A DNA stretch of 64,000 nt from a virus. Positions within the stretch are counted from its first letter, which is position 1. Every line of letters starts with the position of its first letter. Location: IMG/VR virus record IMGVR_UViG_3300045988_124082. One strand, 5' to 3'. The translations under genes were made by a program, and so were the position numbers. Below, one piece after another: positions 16,560 through 24,422 of the stretch. The notes under the pieces were generated by a model. The model did not search any database and was not told where the DNA came from. It was given only the letters and a program-made list of their open reading frames with translations.

Positions 16560-16799
16560 ATGATGATCAATGTAACATTAGCAACAACAGCAGGTAAAAG
16601 TCTTGTAACAGTAGAAGGAAACCAGACTCCAAGTGAAGTGTTAGCTGAAAATAATGTAGCAACAACAGGAGCTACAATCTCTATGAATATGAGACCATTA
16701 AGTGTAGCTGAATTAACTGATACATTTGAAGAGCTTGGATGTAATGATGGTGATTCTATCATGTTATCAGCTGTAGTTAAAGCCGATTCTGCTTTCTAG
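16560..16799 (+). CDS. Small protein B2 (79 aa), paralog of B1 (beta-grasp candidate)
   Basis: The first 24 codons plus the RBS are 100 percent identical at nucleotide level to B1; the remainder has diverged. Ends KADSAF. Confidence 0.7.
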   Translation: MMINVTLATTAGKSLVTVEGNQTPSEVLAENNVATTGATISMNMRPLSVAELTDTFEELGCNDGDSIMLSAVVKADSAF

Positions 16800-16827
16800 T
16801 TCTAGCAGGTAAAGAGAGAAGAACATG

Positions 16828-16864
16828 AAGAGCGTAGGTGTCATAGCCTACGTTCTTATTTTTT
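16828..16864 (+). terminator. Rho-independent terminator
   Basis: AAGAGCGTAGG...CCTACGTTCTT followed by a T run. Confidence 0.7.
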
Positions 16865-16901
16865 ACTTATTAATTATATTCATAAGAAAGGAAAATACAT
16901 T

Positions 16902-18626
16902 ATGGAAGAAAGAAAATTTAAAACAAATGACTACGTGGTAGTAAAGAATTGGGATGAATTGGTTGAAGAATATGGATTGGTTGATCCCGAATCTGTTAGA
17001 GAACAGATGAGGAATGATGAGGATTGTTATTGGTCAGAAGAAGAGATTAATGAATACAATCCAGAAATCATTAATGTTCCATGGGGAGCAAGAAAAGCAA
17101 TGATTGATGAACTTGTAACTATGGGATTGATGAAGGTCAAAGAATATGGAGAAGATGGAAGTGTCCAGCTGGAAAGCGATACTTACATTGACAGTATTAT
17201 CCCAGAAGAGATTTTACAGCCTGTAAGCGAAGATGAGGTTAAGAATTATATCTTTTGGCTTAATAAAAAAGATGATGATTTTGTAATGCAGGACTACGAT
17301 TTTGCTCAAGCAAATGGATTATTAACTTATGTAGGATTGGTCAATGGAAGTATTGATTTTATCGGAGGAAACAAAGGTAATGAATTAATTGCTTATTTCT
17401 ATGCAGCATCAATTTTAAGATCAATTGATTTTAATGAGGGAGTTACAGAATATCTAAGCCATTGTCATGAAGTTAGTGTTCATACATTTGACCATTTTTA
17501 CACTGACAGAAAATCACATTTGCAGATTGTAGCGATAAAAGATGTTTCTGAGGATGGAGAAGAAGAACTTGTTAATATGTGGACAGAAAGAGGCTGGGAA
17601 GAAGTTGAATTCCACAACGATAAAGTTTTTAAGGTGTTTACTCATCCTGAGCAGAAAGGAACCACAATTTTCTTAAATGGAGAAAAAGAAGATTATAAAA
17701 AAGACTTTGAAGCTTATGAACTGATCATGCAGATTGTTAGCCATGTTTATGGAGATACAATGCAGGATGTTTTAGAAGTTGTTAGCAATAGAGATAGATC
17801 AGAAGCTATGAATATGATCCGTGATATTTTCTCAGAAGCGGATAAGCAGTATGTGAAAATCAAAAACAAAATTAATATTGAAAACTTCCTAAAGGTTGCA
17901 TCTAAAGGTCAGCAGAAACATTTAGAACGAGAAGTTCAGAATAATCAGGACAGAGTTAATAGCTATAAAGATAATCTCAGACACTCTCTTAAAACATTAA
18001 GAGAGTCACAAGAAAGACTCTTCGGATATTTACATATGAAAGATGATTCCCAGTTCAATGAAGTAAGAGAAATGTTAAACATGATGGGTGATGATTTAAG
18101 TGATTTTAGGTGTAATCCTAGCGGTGATTGGTTTAGCTTTGCAATCGTTCAGCCATTGTTATATTGGGATGATGATATTTACGAAAGAAACTTTGATGAT
18201 GAATACTTTGAAGAAGAGGCTGAATATGAAAAGACGAAAAAAGTATTCGACAAAATCTTTAAGACAAGAGAATACACTTTGTATCTACAGCAAGCAATAA
18301 TGATTGACTTGGTCAATAATAAACCAGTTGCAATGAGAGATTATAATTATACAAATGATATGTATATTCCTAATCCACATTTCCATGAGTTTAACTGTTG
18401 GGGAGCAAATGAAGCAAATTTAATTGAAGCGATTTCAAACAGAGATTATATGTCAATTTTCAATCTTGTTAGATCAGCTGTCGCTGGAATTTCTTTATAT
18501 GATACTTCTGTAGTAGGAGCTTTCTTTAATTATTGTGAAGACAGATTTACAAATAAAAAATGTCTTAAAGTTCCAGGAAGAGAAGAATTTATTTCATTCA
18601 AAGAAGCAAGAGCATTGGAGGATTAA
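16902..18626 (+). CDS. Large hypothetical protein (574 aa); possible E2-like Cys segment near the C-terminus (speculative)
   Basis: ORF plus RBS. Followed 3 nt later by the JAB gene. C-terminal IPNPHFHEFNCWG loosely recalls the E2 HPN...C motif. Confidence 0.7.
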   Translation: MEERKFKTNDYVVVKNWDELVEEYGLVDPESVREQMRNDEDCYWSEEEINEYNPEIINVPWGARKAMIDELVTMGLMKVKEYGEDGSVQLESDTYIDSIIPEEILQPVSEDEVKNYIFWLNKKDDDFVMQDYDFAQANGLLTYVGLVNGSIDFIGGNKGNELIAYFYAASILRSIDFNEGVTEYLSHCHEVSVHTFDHFYTDRKSHLQIVAIKDVSEDGEEELVNMWTERGWEEVEFHNDKVFKVFTHPEQKGTTIFLNGEKEDYKKDFEAYELIMQIVSHVYGDTMQDVLEVVSNRDRSEAMNMIRDIFSEADKQYVKIKNKINIENFLKVASKGQQKHLEREVQNNQDRVNSYKDNLRHSLKTLRESQERLFGYLHMKDDSQFNEVREMLNMMGDDLSDFRCNPSGDWFSFAIVQPLLYWDDDIYERNFDDEYFEEEAEYEKTKKVFDKIFKTREYTLYLQQAIMIDLVNNKPVAMRDYNYTNDMYIPNPHFHEFNCWGANEANLIEAISNRDYMSIFNLVRSAVAGISLYDTSVVGAFFNYCEDRFTNKKCLKVPGREEFISFKEARALED

Positions 18627-18629
18627 AAA

Positions 18630-19595
18630 ATGAGAAAAATTAGAATTGAAGAATTAGATGCACAGAGATTAGTACAAGAAGTGATAGCGAAAGCTATCAC
18701 TTCTATTGGTTTAACCCCAGAAAAATTACAGATGGAAATTAATCCTAATGTAAAACTTAAAGAAGAAGAGAAAATTGAGATTGCTTTTTCAGAAATGGCA
18801 GAAAAGAAAATGTATTATCTCATTCACGAATGTGAAAAAGAAATTGGTTGGCATGGACTTGTCAGTCGAAGCGAAAATGGATTCTATGTAGAAGACATTA
18901 TTGTATTCCCACAGGAAGTTACAGGAGCTACTGTAACATCAGATGATGAGCTATATCCAACTTGGATGCTTAGTCAGCCAGATGAGATTTACAATAAGAT
19001 TAGATTTCATGGACATTCACATGTAAATATGGCAACAAGTCCAAGTGGTGTAGATGATACGTATCAGGAGCAGATTATTCAACAGTTTATGTCTAGTCCA
19101 CTTGATGAAAATAATTTTTACATATTCGGCATTTTCAACAAAAAGGGAAGCTATTGGTTAAATATTTATGACATTTATAACAATAAATTTTATGAGACAG
19201 ATGATATTAGTTATGTTTTTTATCAGTCAGATGAACAGGCATGGGCTAAAGAACAGATTAAAGAGAATGTAAAAGAAGAAGTAGCTGTAAAAACAAGTGG
19301 ATATTATTCTAATGGATATGGTTATAGAGGCGGTGGATACGGAACAGAAGAGCTGTATGATACTTGGAAAAAGAACTATGATAAAAACAAAGGCAAAGAG
19401 AAGCCAAAAAAAGATGAAGCAGAGTTGCGAAAAGAATTAAGTGGAGCAATTATTGCAGATTTAACACCTCCAAAATGGCATAGTAAATGGAGTAAATGTT
19501 TACAGAGGATGATTAGCTGTGATGAAAGTCTTGATGATTTAATTGAAGAGTATTGTATTACTTATCCAGATTATAGTGGAACAAAAAAGAAATAG
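18630..19595 (+). CDS. JAB/MPN+ (JAMM) metallopeptidase domain protein
   Basis: Complete JAMM signature: E in HECEKEIGWHG, then HGHSHVNMATSPSGVDD, which fits H-x-H-x7-S-x2-D. Confidence 0.8.
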   Translation: MRKIRIEELDAQRLVQEVIAKAITSIGLTPEKLQMEINPNVKLKEEEKIEIAFSEMAEKKMYYLIHECEKEIGWHGLVSRSENGFYVEDIIVFPQEVTGATVTSDDELYPTWMLSQPDEIYNKIRFHGHSHVNMATSPSGVDDTYQEQIIQQFMSSPLDENNFYIFGIFNKKGSYWLNIYDIYNNKFYETDDISYVFYQSDEQAWAKEQIKENVKEEVAVKTSGYYSNGYGYRGGGYGTEELYDTWKKNYDKNKGKEKPKKDEAELRKELSGAIIADLTPPKWHSKWSKCLQRMISCDESLDDLIEEYCITYPDYSGTKKK

Positions 19596-19607
19596 AGGAG
19601 GATGATT

Positions 19608-20285
19608 ATGAATACAAGTAAAGTTTTAGAATTTTTTGATGCACAGACATTAGTTAAAAAACCAGTTCATGTAATTGGATGTGGAGCAATTGGCTCAAAT
19701 GTCGCAGAACAGCTTACAAGATTAGGAGTCTCAGTGATTCATCTCTGGGATTACGATCATGTTGAGCCTAAAAATGTAACTAATCAGATGTTCTTTGATG
19801 GGGATATCGGAAAAGCTAAGGTAGATGCAATTGAAAATTTGTGTAAGTCAATTAATCCACAGATTAAAATAATCAAACATGAAAGAGGGATTGATGATCC
19901 ATATATTCTTACAGGATATGTATTCTTATGTGTAGATAATATTGAGCTTAGAAAGAAAATCGTAGAGGCCAATAAGTTAAATCCAAACTGTATTGCGTTC
20001 TTTGATTTTAGAATGAGACTTACAGATGCACAGCATTATTTTGCTGATTGTTCAGTTAAAGAACAGGTTGAAAACTTAATTGGAACCATGAATTTTACCC
20101 ATGAAGAAGCGGCTGCAGCAACTCCTACAAGTGCTTGTGGAGTGGAATTAAGTGTATGCTATACAGTTAAGAATATTGTTTGTTATGGAATTGCAAATTT
20201 TGTTAACTTTTGCCTAGGGAATGAACCAAAACAGATGATTATTACAGATATGAAGACAATGGATGTGACAGTATTCCCTATGTAA
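19608..20285 (+). CDS. ThiF/MoeB/E1-like adenylyltransferase
   Basis: VHVIGCGAIGSNVAEQLTRLGV..IHLWDYDHVEPKNVTNQ: a Rossmann GxGxxG followed by the D-x-D-x-V-E-x-x-N motif. ATG 19608 is preferred over 19602 on RBS spacing. Confidence 0.8.
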   Translation: MNTSKVLEFFDAQTLVKKPVHVIGCGAIGSNVAEQLTRLGVSVIHLWDYDHVEPKNVTNQMFFDGDIGKAKVDAIENLCKSINPQIKIIKHERGIDDPYILTGYVFLCVDNIELRKKIVEANKLNPNCIAFFDFRMRLTDAQHYFADCSVKEQVENLIGTMNFTHEEAAAATPTSACGVELSVCYTVKNIVCYGIANFVNFCLGNEPKQMIITDMKTMDVTVFPM

Positions 20286-20291
20286 GAGGTG

Positions 20292-20567
20292 ATGATCTTG
20301 ATAGAAGAAAAATATAAAGCGGTACCTAAAAATTATAAGGGGATTGTAAGACTTAAGCCAACAATAGCACGTTTCCGCCCTTATTACCATGCGTATGTTA
20401 AGTTGGAGGAGGGCTATCACTATACGGGTAATCCAGATCACACAGTATACGTTGAGTTGTACAAGACTTATCAAGATTTAACAAACAATGGTAGGTGTAT
20501 AAGGGAAGGCCTTATAGAAGAAAGAAGCTTATATGTTCCAAGAGAACGTAAGAATAATTATTGGTAG
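20292..20567 (+). CDS. NNYY-tail small protein (family III, VPKxYKG); tail ERKNNYW
   Basis: Starts 4-7 nt after the E1 stop; the start codon is ambiguous (GTG 20289, ATG 20292 or TTG 20298). KAVPKNYKGIVRL...GNPDHTVYV. Confidence 0.7.
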   Translation: MILIEEKYKAVPKNYKGIVRLKPTIARFRPYYHAYVKLEEGYHYTGNPDHTVYVELYKTYQDLTNNGRCIREGLIEERSLYVPRERKNNYW

Positions 20568-20575
20568 GTGAGAAT

Positions 20576-20848
20576 ATGTGGGAAAAAGGTACAAGAGTTA
20601 AGATAATAGGGGGAGCAAAAATCGGCTTAATGGGGACAGTGGTTGTTAAGTGCACAGAAACCCCTGTCAATGACATTAGAGATCGCTTCTTAGTAGAGTT
20701 TGACGAATCCATGGGTGGACATAGTGGAAATGGAGCTTATGAAGGAAAGCGGGGACATTGTTGGTGGTTTGATTATTGTTTAGAAAAGGTTACTATCACA
20801 GATGGCATAAGCATTGAGCAAGTCAAAAGGAAAAATAATTTTTACTAG
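20576..20848 (+). CDS. NNYY-tail small protein (family I); tail KRKNNFY
   Basis: MWEKGTRVKII...VEFDESMGGHSG...GHCWWF. Confidence 0.75.
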   Translation: MWEKGTRVKIIGGAKIGLMGTVVVKCTETPVNDIRDRFLVEFDESMGGHSGNGAYEGKRGHCWWFDYCLEKVTITDGISIEQVKRKNNFY

Positions 20849-20861
20849 GGGGGGTGATTAG

Positions 20862-21077
20862 ATGTGGGAAGTTGGTGACAGAGTAGTAGTTAGTAGTGCA
20901 TTTAGGCCTAAAGTGAAAGGGACAGTCATTGCTATAGATGCGGAATCTACAATGCCTGTATTGGTTAAAATAGGTGGAATAGGAACAGGTATGTGGTTCT
21001 ATGAAAATGGTGATGATTTAGTTTGGAGTGACATTACTTGCACACGAGTGAAAAAGAGGAAAAACAATTATTATTGA
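20862..21077 (+). CDS. NNYY-tail small protein (family I, short); tail KRKNNYY
   Basis: MWEVGDRVVV...GTVIAID. Confidence 0.75.
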   Translation: MWEVGDRVVVSSAFRPKVKGTVIAIDAESTMPVLVKIGGIGTGMWFYENGDDLVWSDITCTRVKKRKNNYY

Positions 21078-21093
21078 GAAAGGATGATGACAG

Positions 21094-21381
21094 GTGTTTA
21101 AGGTTGGAGATAGGATCGTACTAACAGAAGAAAGCCGTCAAAGCTGCAATATATTTCATGAACATCCGGGAGATACTGCAACGGTTATTGGAGTTTCGAA
21201 AGTATCAAGTAGGTCTGATTATGAATGTGTTTTAGAATTTGATAGACATATTGGTGGACATGATGGGTTAACCGATGCCACAGGCAAGAACGGTCATTGT
21301 GTTATCTATTATTTTGATTCAACACAGTGGGATAAGTATTTTAGGAAAATCCAAAGTAAACGTAAGAATAATTATTATTAA
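21094..21381 (+). CDS. NNYY-tail small protein (family I); tail KRKNNYY
   Basis: GTG start; FKVGDRIVL...LEFDRHIGGHDG...GHCVIYY. Confidence 0.75.
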   Translation: MFKVGDRIVLTEESRQSCNIFHEHPGDTATVIGVSKVSSRSDYECVLEFDRHIGGHDGLTDATGKNGHCVIYYFDSTQWDKYFRKIQSKRKNNYY

Positions 21382-21396
21382 GAAAGAGGTGATCGT

Positions 21397-21713
21397 ATGC
21401 CAGAGGATGTAAAGTACCGTCCAGTTCCTAAAGGGTATACAGGTGTTTTTAGGCTAAGAGAAGATACGACGTCCTTAGCCAATGAGTTTTATGGAGCATG
21501 GGGCATTATAGACGACAAATTTTTAATCGATGAAGATTATTATAATGAAGAAAATGAATTTAAGGGAGATCCCGATCATGTAATTCGAGTAAGTTTTTAT
21601 CCTAGCCTTTTAGATCTGCAAAGAGGTGAAATCTTATTAGAGAAGTAGGAAGAGTGTCTGGGACAGAAAAGTATTGTTATATTCCTTTCAAAAGAAAAAA
21701 TAATTACTATTAA
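21397..21713 (+). pseudogene. Frameshifted family III NNYY-tail gene (or recoding site)
   Basis: Frame 0 stops at 21646-21648. Frame +2 continues ...EVGRVSGTEKYCYIPFKRKNNYY-stop (21711-21713) and aligns with its paralogs. The shift window is about 21628-21648. Confidence 0.6.
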
Positions 21714-21728
21714 GAAAGAGGTAATCAA

Positions 21729-22043
21729 ATGGAAAATAATGGTATATATCCTCCAGTACCTAAGGGATACAAGGGTGTTTTTAGAGTTAGACCTGATATG
21801 ATAGGATCAGATAATATGTTCTATGAAGCATATGGTATTACAGGAAAAGGTATTATAGAAGACATTGATTATTTAGAAGGCCAAGGAGAATTTACAGGAA
21901 ATCCACATCATATAATTAAAGCCATTTTTTATCAAACCTATGAAGACTTAAAGAACAGAGAATGTATGATACAAGGAAGGCCTGTTAAAATAAAAGAACA
22001 CTTACTTTACCCCGTGTCAAACAAGAAGAACAATTACTGGTAG
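21729..22043 (+). CDS. NNYY-tail small protein (family III); tail NKKNNYW
   Basis: YPPVPKGYKGVFRV...GNPHHIIKA. Confidence 0.75.
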   Translation: MENNGIYPPVPKGYKGVFRVRPDMIGSDNMFYEAYGITGKGIIEDIDYLEGQGEFTGNPHHIIKAIFYQTYEDLKNRECMIQGRPVKIKEHLLYPVSNKKNNYW

Positions 22044-22053
22044 GTGATTTAAG

Positions 22054-22323
22054 ATGATAGACGCAAAAGATATTAAAGAGGGTATGAAAATTAAGTATAA
22101 TGGTTGGGAATGGACTATAACAAAAGTGTTTGCAAAATATAATAATGTCTTGGATCTTCGGAATGATTGTATTAAAAAAATCATTGATCAAGATAGTTCA
22201 TTGATTTGGATTGAAGCATCGAAGAGACGCTTTGTGCCTGAATCTATGACTATGGAGTGGTTCTTTAAAGAACTGAAATATGGAACAATAAAGATTTTAA
22301 ATCGTAAAAATAATTATTATTGA
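22054..22323 (+). CDS. NNYY-tail small protein (family IV); tail NRKNNYY
   Basis: ORF plus RBS TAGGTGA. Confidence 0.75.
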   Translation: MIDAKDIKEGMKIKYNGWEWTITKVFAKYNNVLDLRNDCIKKIIDQDSSLIWIEASKRRFVPESMTMEWFFKELKYGTIKILNRKNNYY

Positions 22324-22332
22324 GGTGATGTG

Positions 22333-22623
22333 ATGTATTTAGAAGACATTAAAGTTGGTCAGAAAGTGAACTATCGAGGTCATTCCTACATAATAACTAA
22401 AAATGTTGTAAAGTATCGGGGAATAATTAGACCTTATTATTCTACATATTCGTATATCAAGGAAAGTACAAATTGTCATAGATCACGAATGTATTTTCGA
22501 AGAGTAGAAAATAAAAATGAACCGATTGATGGATTTTGGTTATTATATGACGAGATTGAAGAAAAAATGGATCGAGGGCTTATTAAATTTTTGAACATGT
22601 CAAAGAAAAATAATTATTATTAA
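22333..22623 (+). CDS. NNYY-tail small protein (family IV); tail SKKNNYY
   Basis: ATG 5 nt after GAGGTG. Confidence 0.75.
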   Translation: MYLEDIKVGQKVNYRGHSYIITKNVVKYRGIIRPYYSTYSYIKESTNCHRSRMYFRRVENKNEPIDGFWLLYDEIEEKMDRGLIKFLNMSKKNNYY

Positions 22624-22638
22624 AGGGGGTGCCACAAA

Positions 22639-23940
22639 GTGAATGGAATCAATAAAAGGAAATTAGAACTGTTTATGGATGATCAGCTATGGAGACAAAA
22701 TATTACACATCAGCAAAGCAAAGGTGTACATAGAGATGTATTAAGAATTGTGTGTGATCCAGAATACAAAGCACGGCTTTTAGGAATGATCTGGGATGGT
22801 AATTACAAAATTGCACCTCCGTATGTAGTAGAAATTCCTAAAGACAATGGAAAAGTAAGAGAAGTGTATGTTAATCAGCCAATTGACAGATTTGTTATGA
22901 CACAAATCAATTATGTTTATATGCAATTATATGGTCATATGATTCATCCAAGATGTGTGTCTTATCAGAAAGGAATTGGAGTTAAAAATATCGTAGATGA
23001 TATTTGTATGGAGCTTAAGAAACATCAAGGAGCTGTCGGGTATAAGGTAGACATTAGTAAGTATTTTGACAGTGTAAGCCGTGAGGTCCTTAATGAAATG
23101 ATTGATAAAATTGATACAGGAAGTCCTATTGATCAGATCGTAAGAGATTATTATATGGATGATTGTATCATTGATCAGAAAGGAAATGTTATTGAGAAAT
23201 ACAAAAGTATGACTCAGGGTTGTGCAGTGTCTACATTCTTTGCCAATTGTGTTTTAAAAGATGTTGATGAAGAGTTAAGCAAGATGGATATTATTTATTA
23301 CAGATATTCAGATGATATCTTGATGGTTGGTAAGGATGCAGATAAGGCTTTGAAGATGTTGGGAGAAATGTTAGAAACGAAAGGACTTACATTAAATCCT
23401 AAAAAGGTAGAAACAGTCAGTACAGATCAATGGTTTACATTCTTAGGAGTGCGAATTAATGGACAGAAAAGAAGTTTTTCTGAGAAGAGCTTAAAGGAAT
23501 TTCAGAAACATATTAGAGAATATGTAAATAAGAAAGCAGGAATTGGTAGCGTAAAAGTTGCAATCAGACAAATTAATAAATATCTGTATTTGAATTTCTT
23601 AAGGAATCCTAATGAGTTTGGTTGGGCTGAGTATTTCTTTAGTATTGTGAATGTCGAAGATGATATTAAGACATTAGATATGTGGATTAAAGATACACTC
23701 AGAGGTTTGTATACTGGTAAGAGAGGAAAAGAACAGATAGGTGGACTAGGTGTAAATAAAGTAACTAATGAATGTGGAGTATTAAGAGGGAAGGGCAACA
23801 AAGTAAGTTCAAATTTACGTAAAACAAGAAGTGATAAAGACATTTTAGAAGAAGCAGGATATATCAGTATGAATGAAATGTATCATCAGTTTAGATATAG
23901 CAAAGAATTGTACAGGGCTTCATTGACGGCTTTATCTTAA
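22639..23940 (+). CDS. Reverse transcriptase (free-standing, group-II-intron-like RT with a thumb/X-like C-terminus)
   Basis: RT motifs in order: IPKDNGKVREV (1), DRFVMTQI (2), YKVDISKYFDSV (3), TQGCAVSTFFANCVL (4), YYRYSDDILMVG (5, YxDD), KGLTLNPKKVE (6), FTFLGVRI (7). GTG start behind AAAGGGGGTG, 15 nt after the last NNYY gene. Confidence 0.85.
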   Translation: MNGINKRKLELFMDDQLWRQNITHQQSKGVHRDVLRIVCDPEYKARLLGMIWDGNYKIAPPYVVEIPKDNGKVREVYVNQPIDRFVMTQINYVYMQLYGHMIHPRCVSYQKGIGVKNIVDDICMELKKHQGAVGYKVDISKYFDSVSREVLNEMIDKIDTGSPIDQIVRDYYMDDCIIDQKGNVIEKYKSMTQGCAVSTFFANCVLKDVDEELSKMDIIYYRYSDDILMVGKDADKALKMLGEMLETKGLTLNPKKVETVSTDQWFTFLGVRINGQKRSFSEKSLKEFQKHIREYVNKKAGIGSVKVAIRQINKYLYLNFLRNPNEFGWAEYFFSIVNVEDDIKTLDMWIKDTLRGLYTGKRGKEQIGGLGVNKVTNECGVLRGKGNKVSSNLRKTRSDKDILEEAGYISMNEMYHQFRYSKELYRASLTALS

Positions 23941-23987
23941 GTGTAACCTAACACGAGGTACTTATGTGAAATGTTATAAGTCAAATC

Positions 23988-24075
23988 AGATCCCTAGGAT
24001 ACACGGGTGATTCCATGCATGGTTGATAACCAGCATTCCATCAACCCGTTCCTCCCTGGATCTTATCATCATAAA
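23988..24075 (+). repeat. Hairpin-box unit 1: imperfect ~76-nt hairpin plus ATCATAAA box (24068-24075)
   Basis: AGATCC..AGGA..ACGGGT...ACCCGT.TCCT..GGATCT, then TATC-ATCATAAA. Confidence 0.55.
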
Positions 24076-24160
24076 GGAAATTTAGAAACGTGTTATTAAC
24101 ATGAACATAAGAAAGTTACTATGGACGTTGTATGTGAGACAATGGAATTACATATAAGGC

Positions 24161-24235
24161 GCGTTGAAGCTGCAGGATGACTGGCAATACATTGACCAAG
24201 TCATCCCTGCAGCTCAACCGCTTTATAATCATAAA
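24161..24235 (+). repeat. Hairpin-box unit 2: ~61-nt hairpin plus ATCATAAA box (24228-24235)
   Basis: GCGgTTGAAGCTGCAGGATGACT-loop-AGTCATCCcTGCAGCTCAAcCGC with bulges, then TTTATA-ATCATAAA. Confidence 0.6.
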
Positions 24236-24318
24236 AGAATAAAGGAACATAGCATGATTGTGAGCATACAAACAAGCTAACATGGGCTAAACATACGAGA
24301 CGTTGAATCATACATAAT

Positions 24319-24422
24319 AAGGGCACAGCTGCCTTATGCAGCGGGAAATTAGTCTCCTCGACAATAATTTCACCGCTGCCACAGGCGTGCGTGCCCTTAT
24401 TAATCATAAACCAATAGAGAAA
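24319..24422 (+). repeat. Hairpin-box unit 3: ~80-nt three-segment hairpin plus a 20-nt box ATCATAAACCAATAGAGAAA
   Basis: AAGGGCAC/GTGCCCTT, GCAGCGG/CCGCTGC and GAAATTA/TAATTTC stems. The box at 24403-24422 is identical to 26662-26681. Confidence 0.6.

Noticed and set aside
15111-16762. Minus-strand ORFs 15111..15491, 15623..15892, 15915..16115 and 16532..16762
   Set aside because: These are mirror-frame shadows of the well-supported plus-strand A/B genes. They lack RBSs and have Ser/Thr/Val-rich low-complexity composition. The same reasoning applies to the other antisense ORFs in the track (for example 6584..6946, 10707..11075, 23502..23843, 46070..46441).
8990-22640. CRISPR-like or other non-coding periodic repeat (recurring AAGAAYAAYTAYTAYTAA)
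   Set aside because: The repeat is always the last six codons plus the stop of an ORF. Spacing equals gene length (216-348 nt, irregular), and wobble positions vary synonymously, so it is a coding motif rather than a repeat-spacer array.
22000-24200. Mobile group II intron housing the RT
   Set aside because: The RT start codon is 15 nt after the preceding gene's stop, which leaves no space for ribozyme domains I-III. No domain-V-like 34-nt hairpin with an AGC/GNRA pattern is visible downstream.
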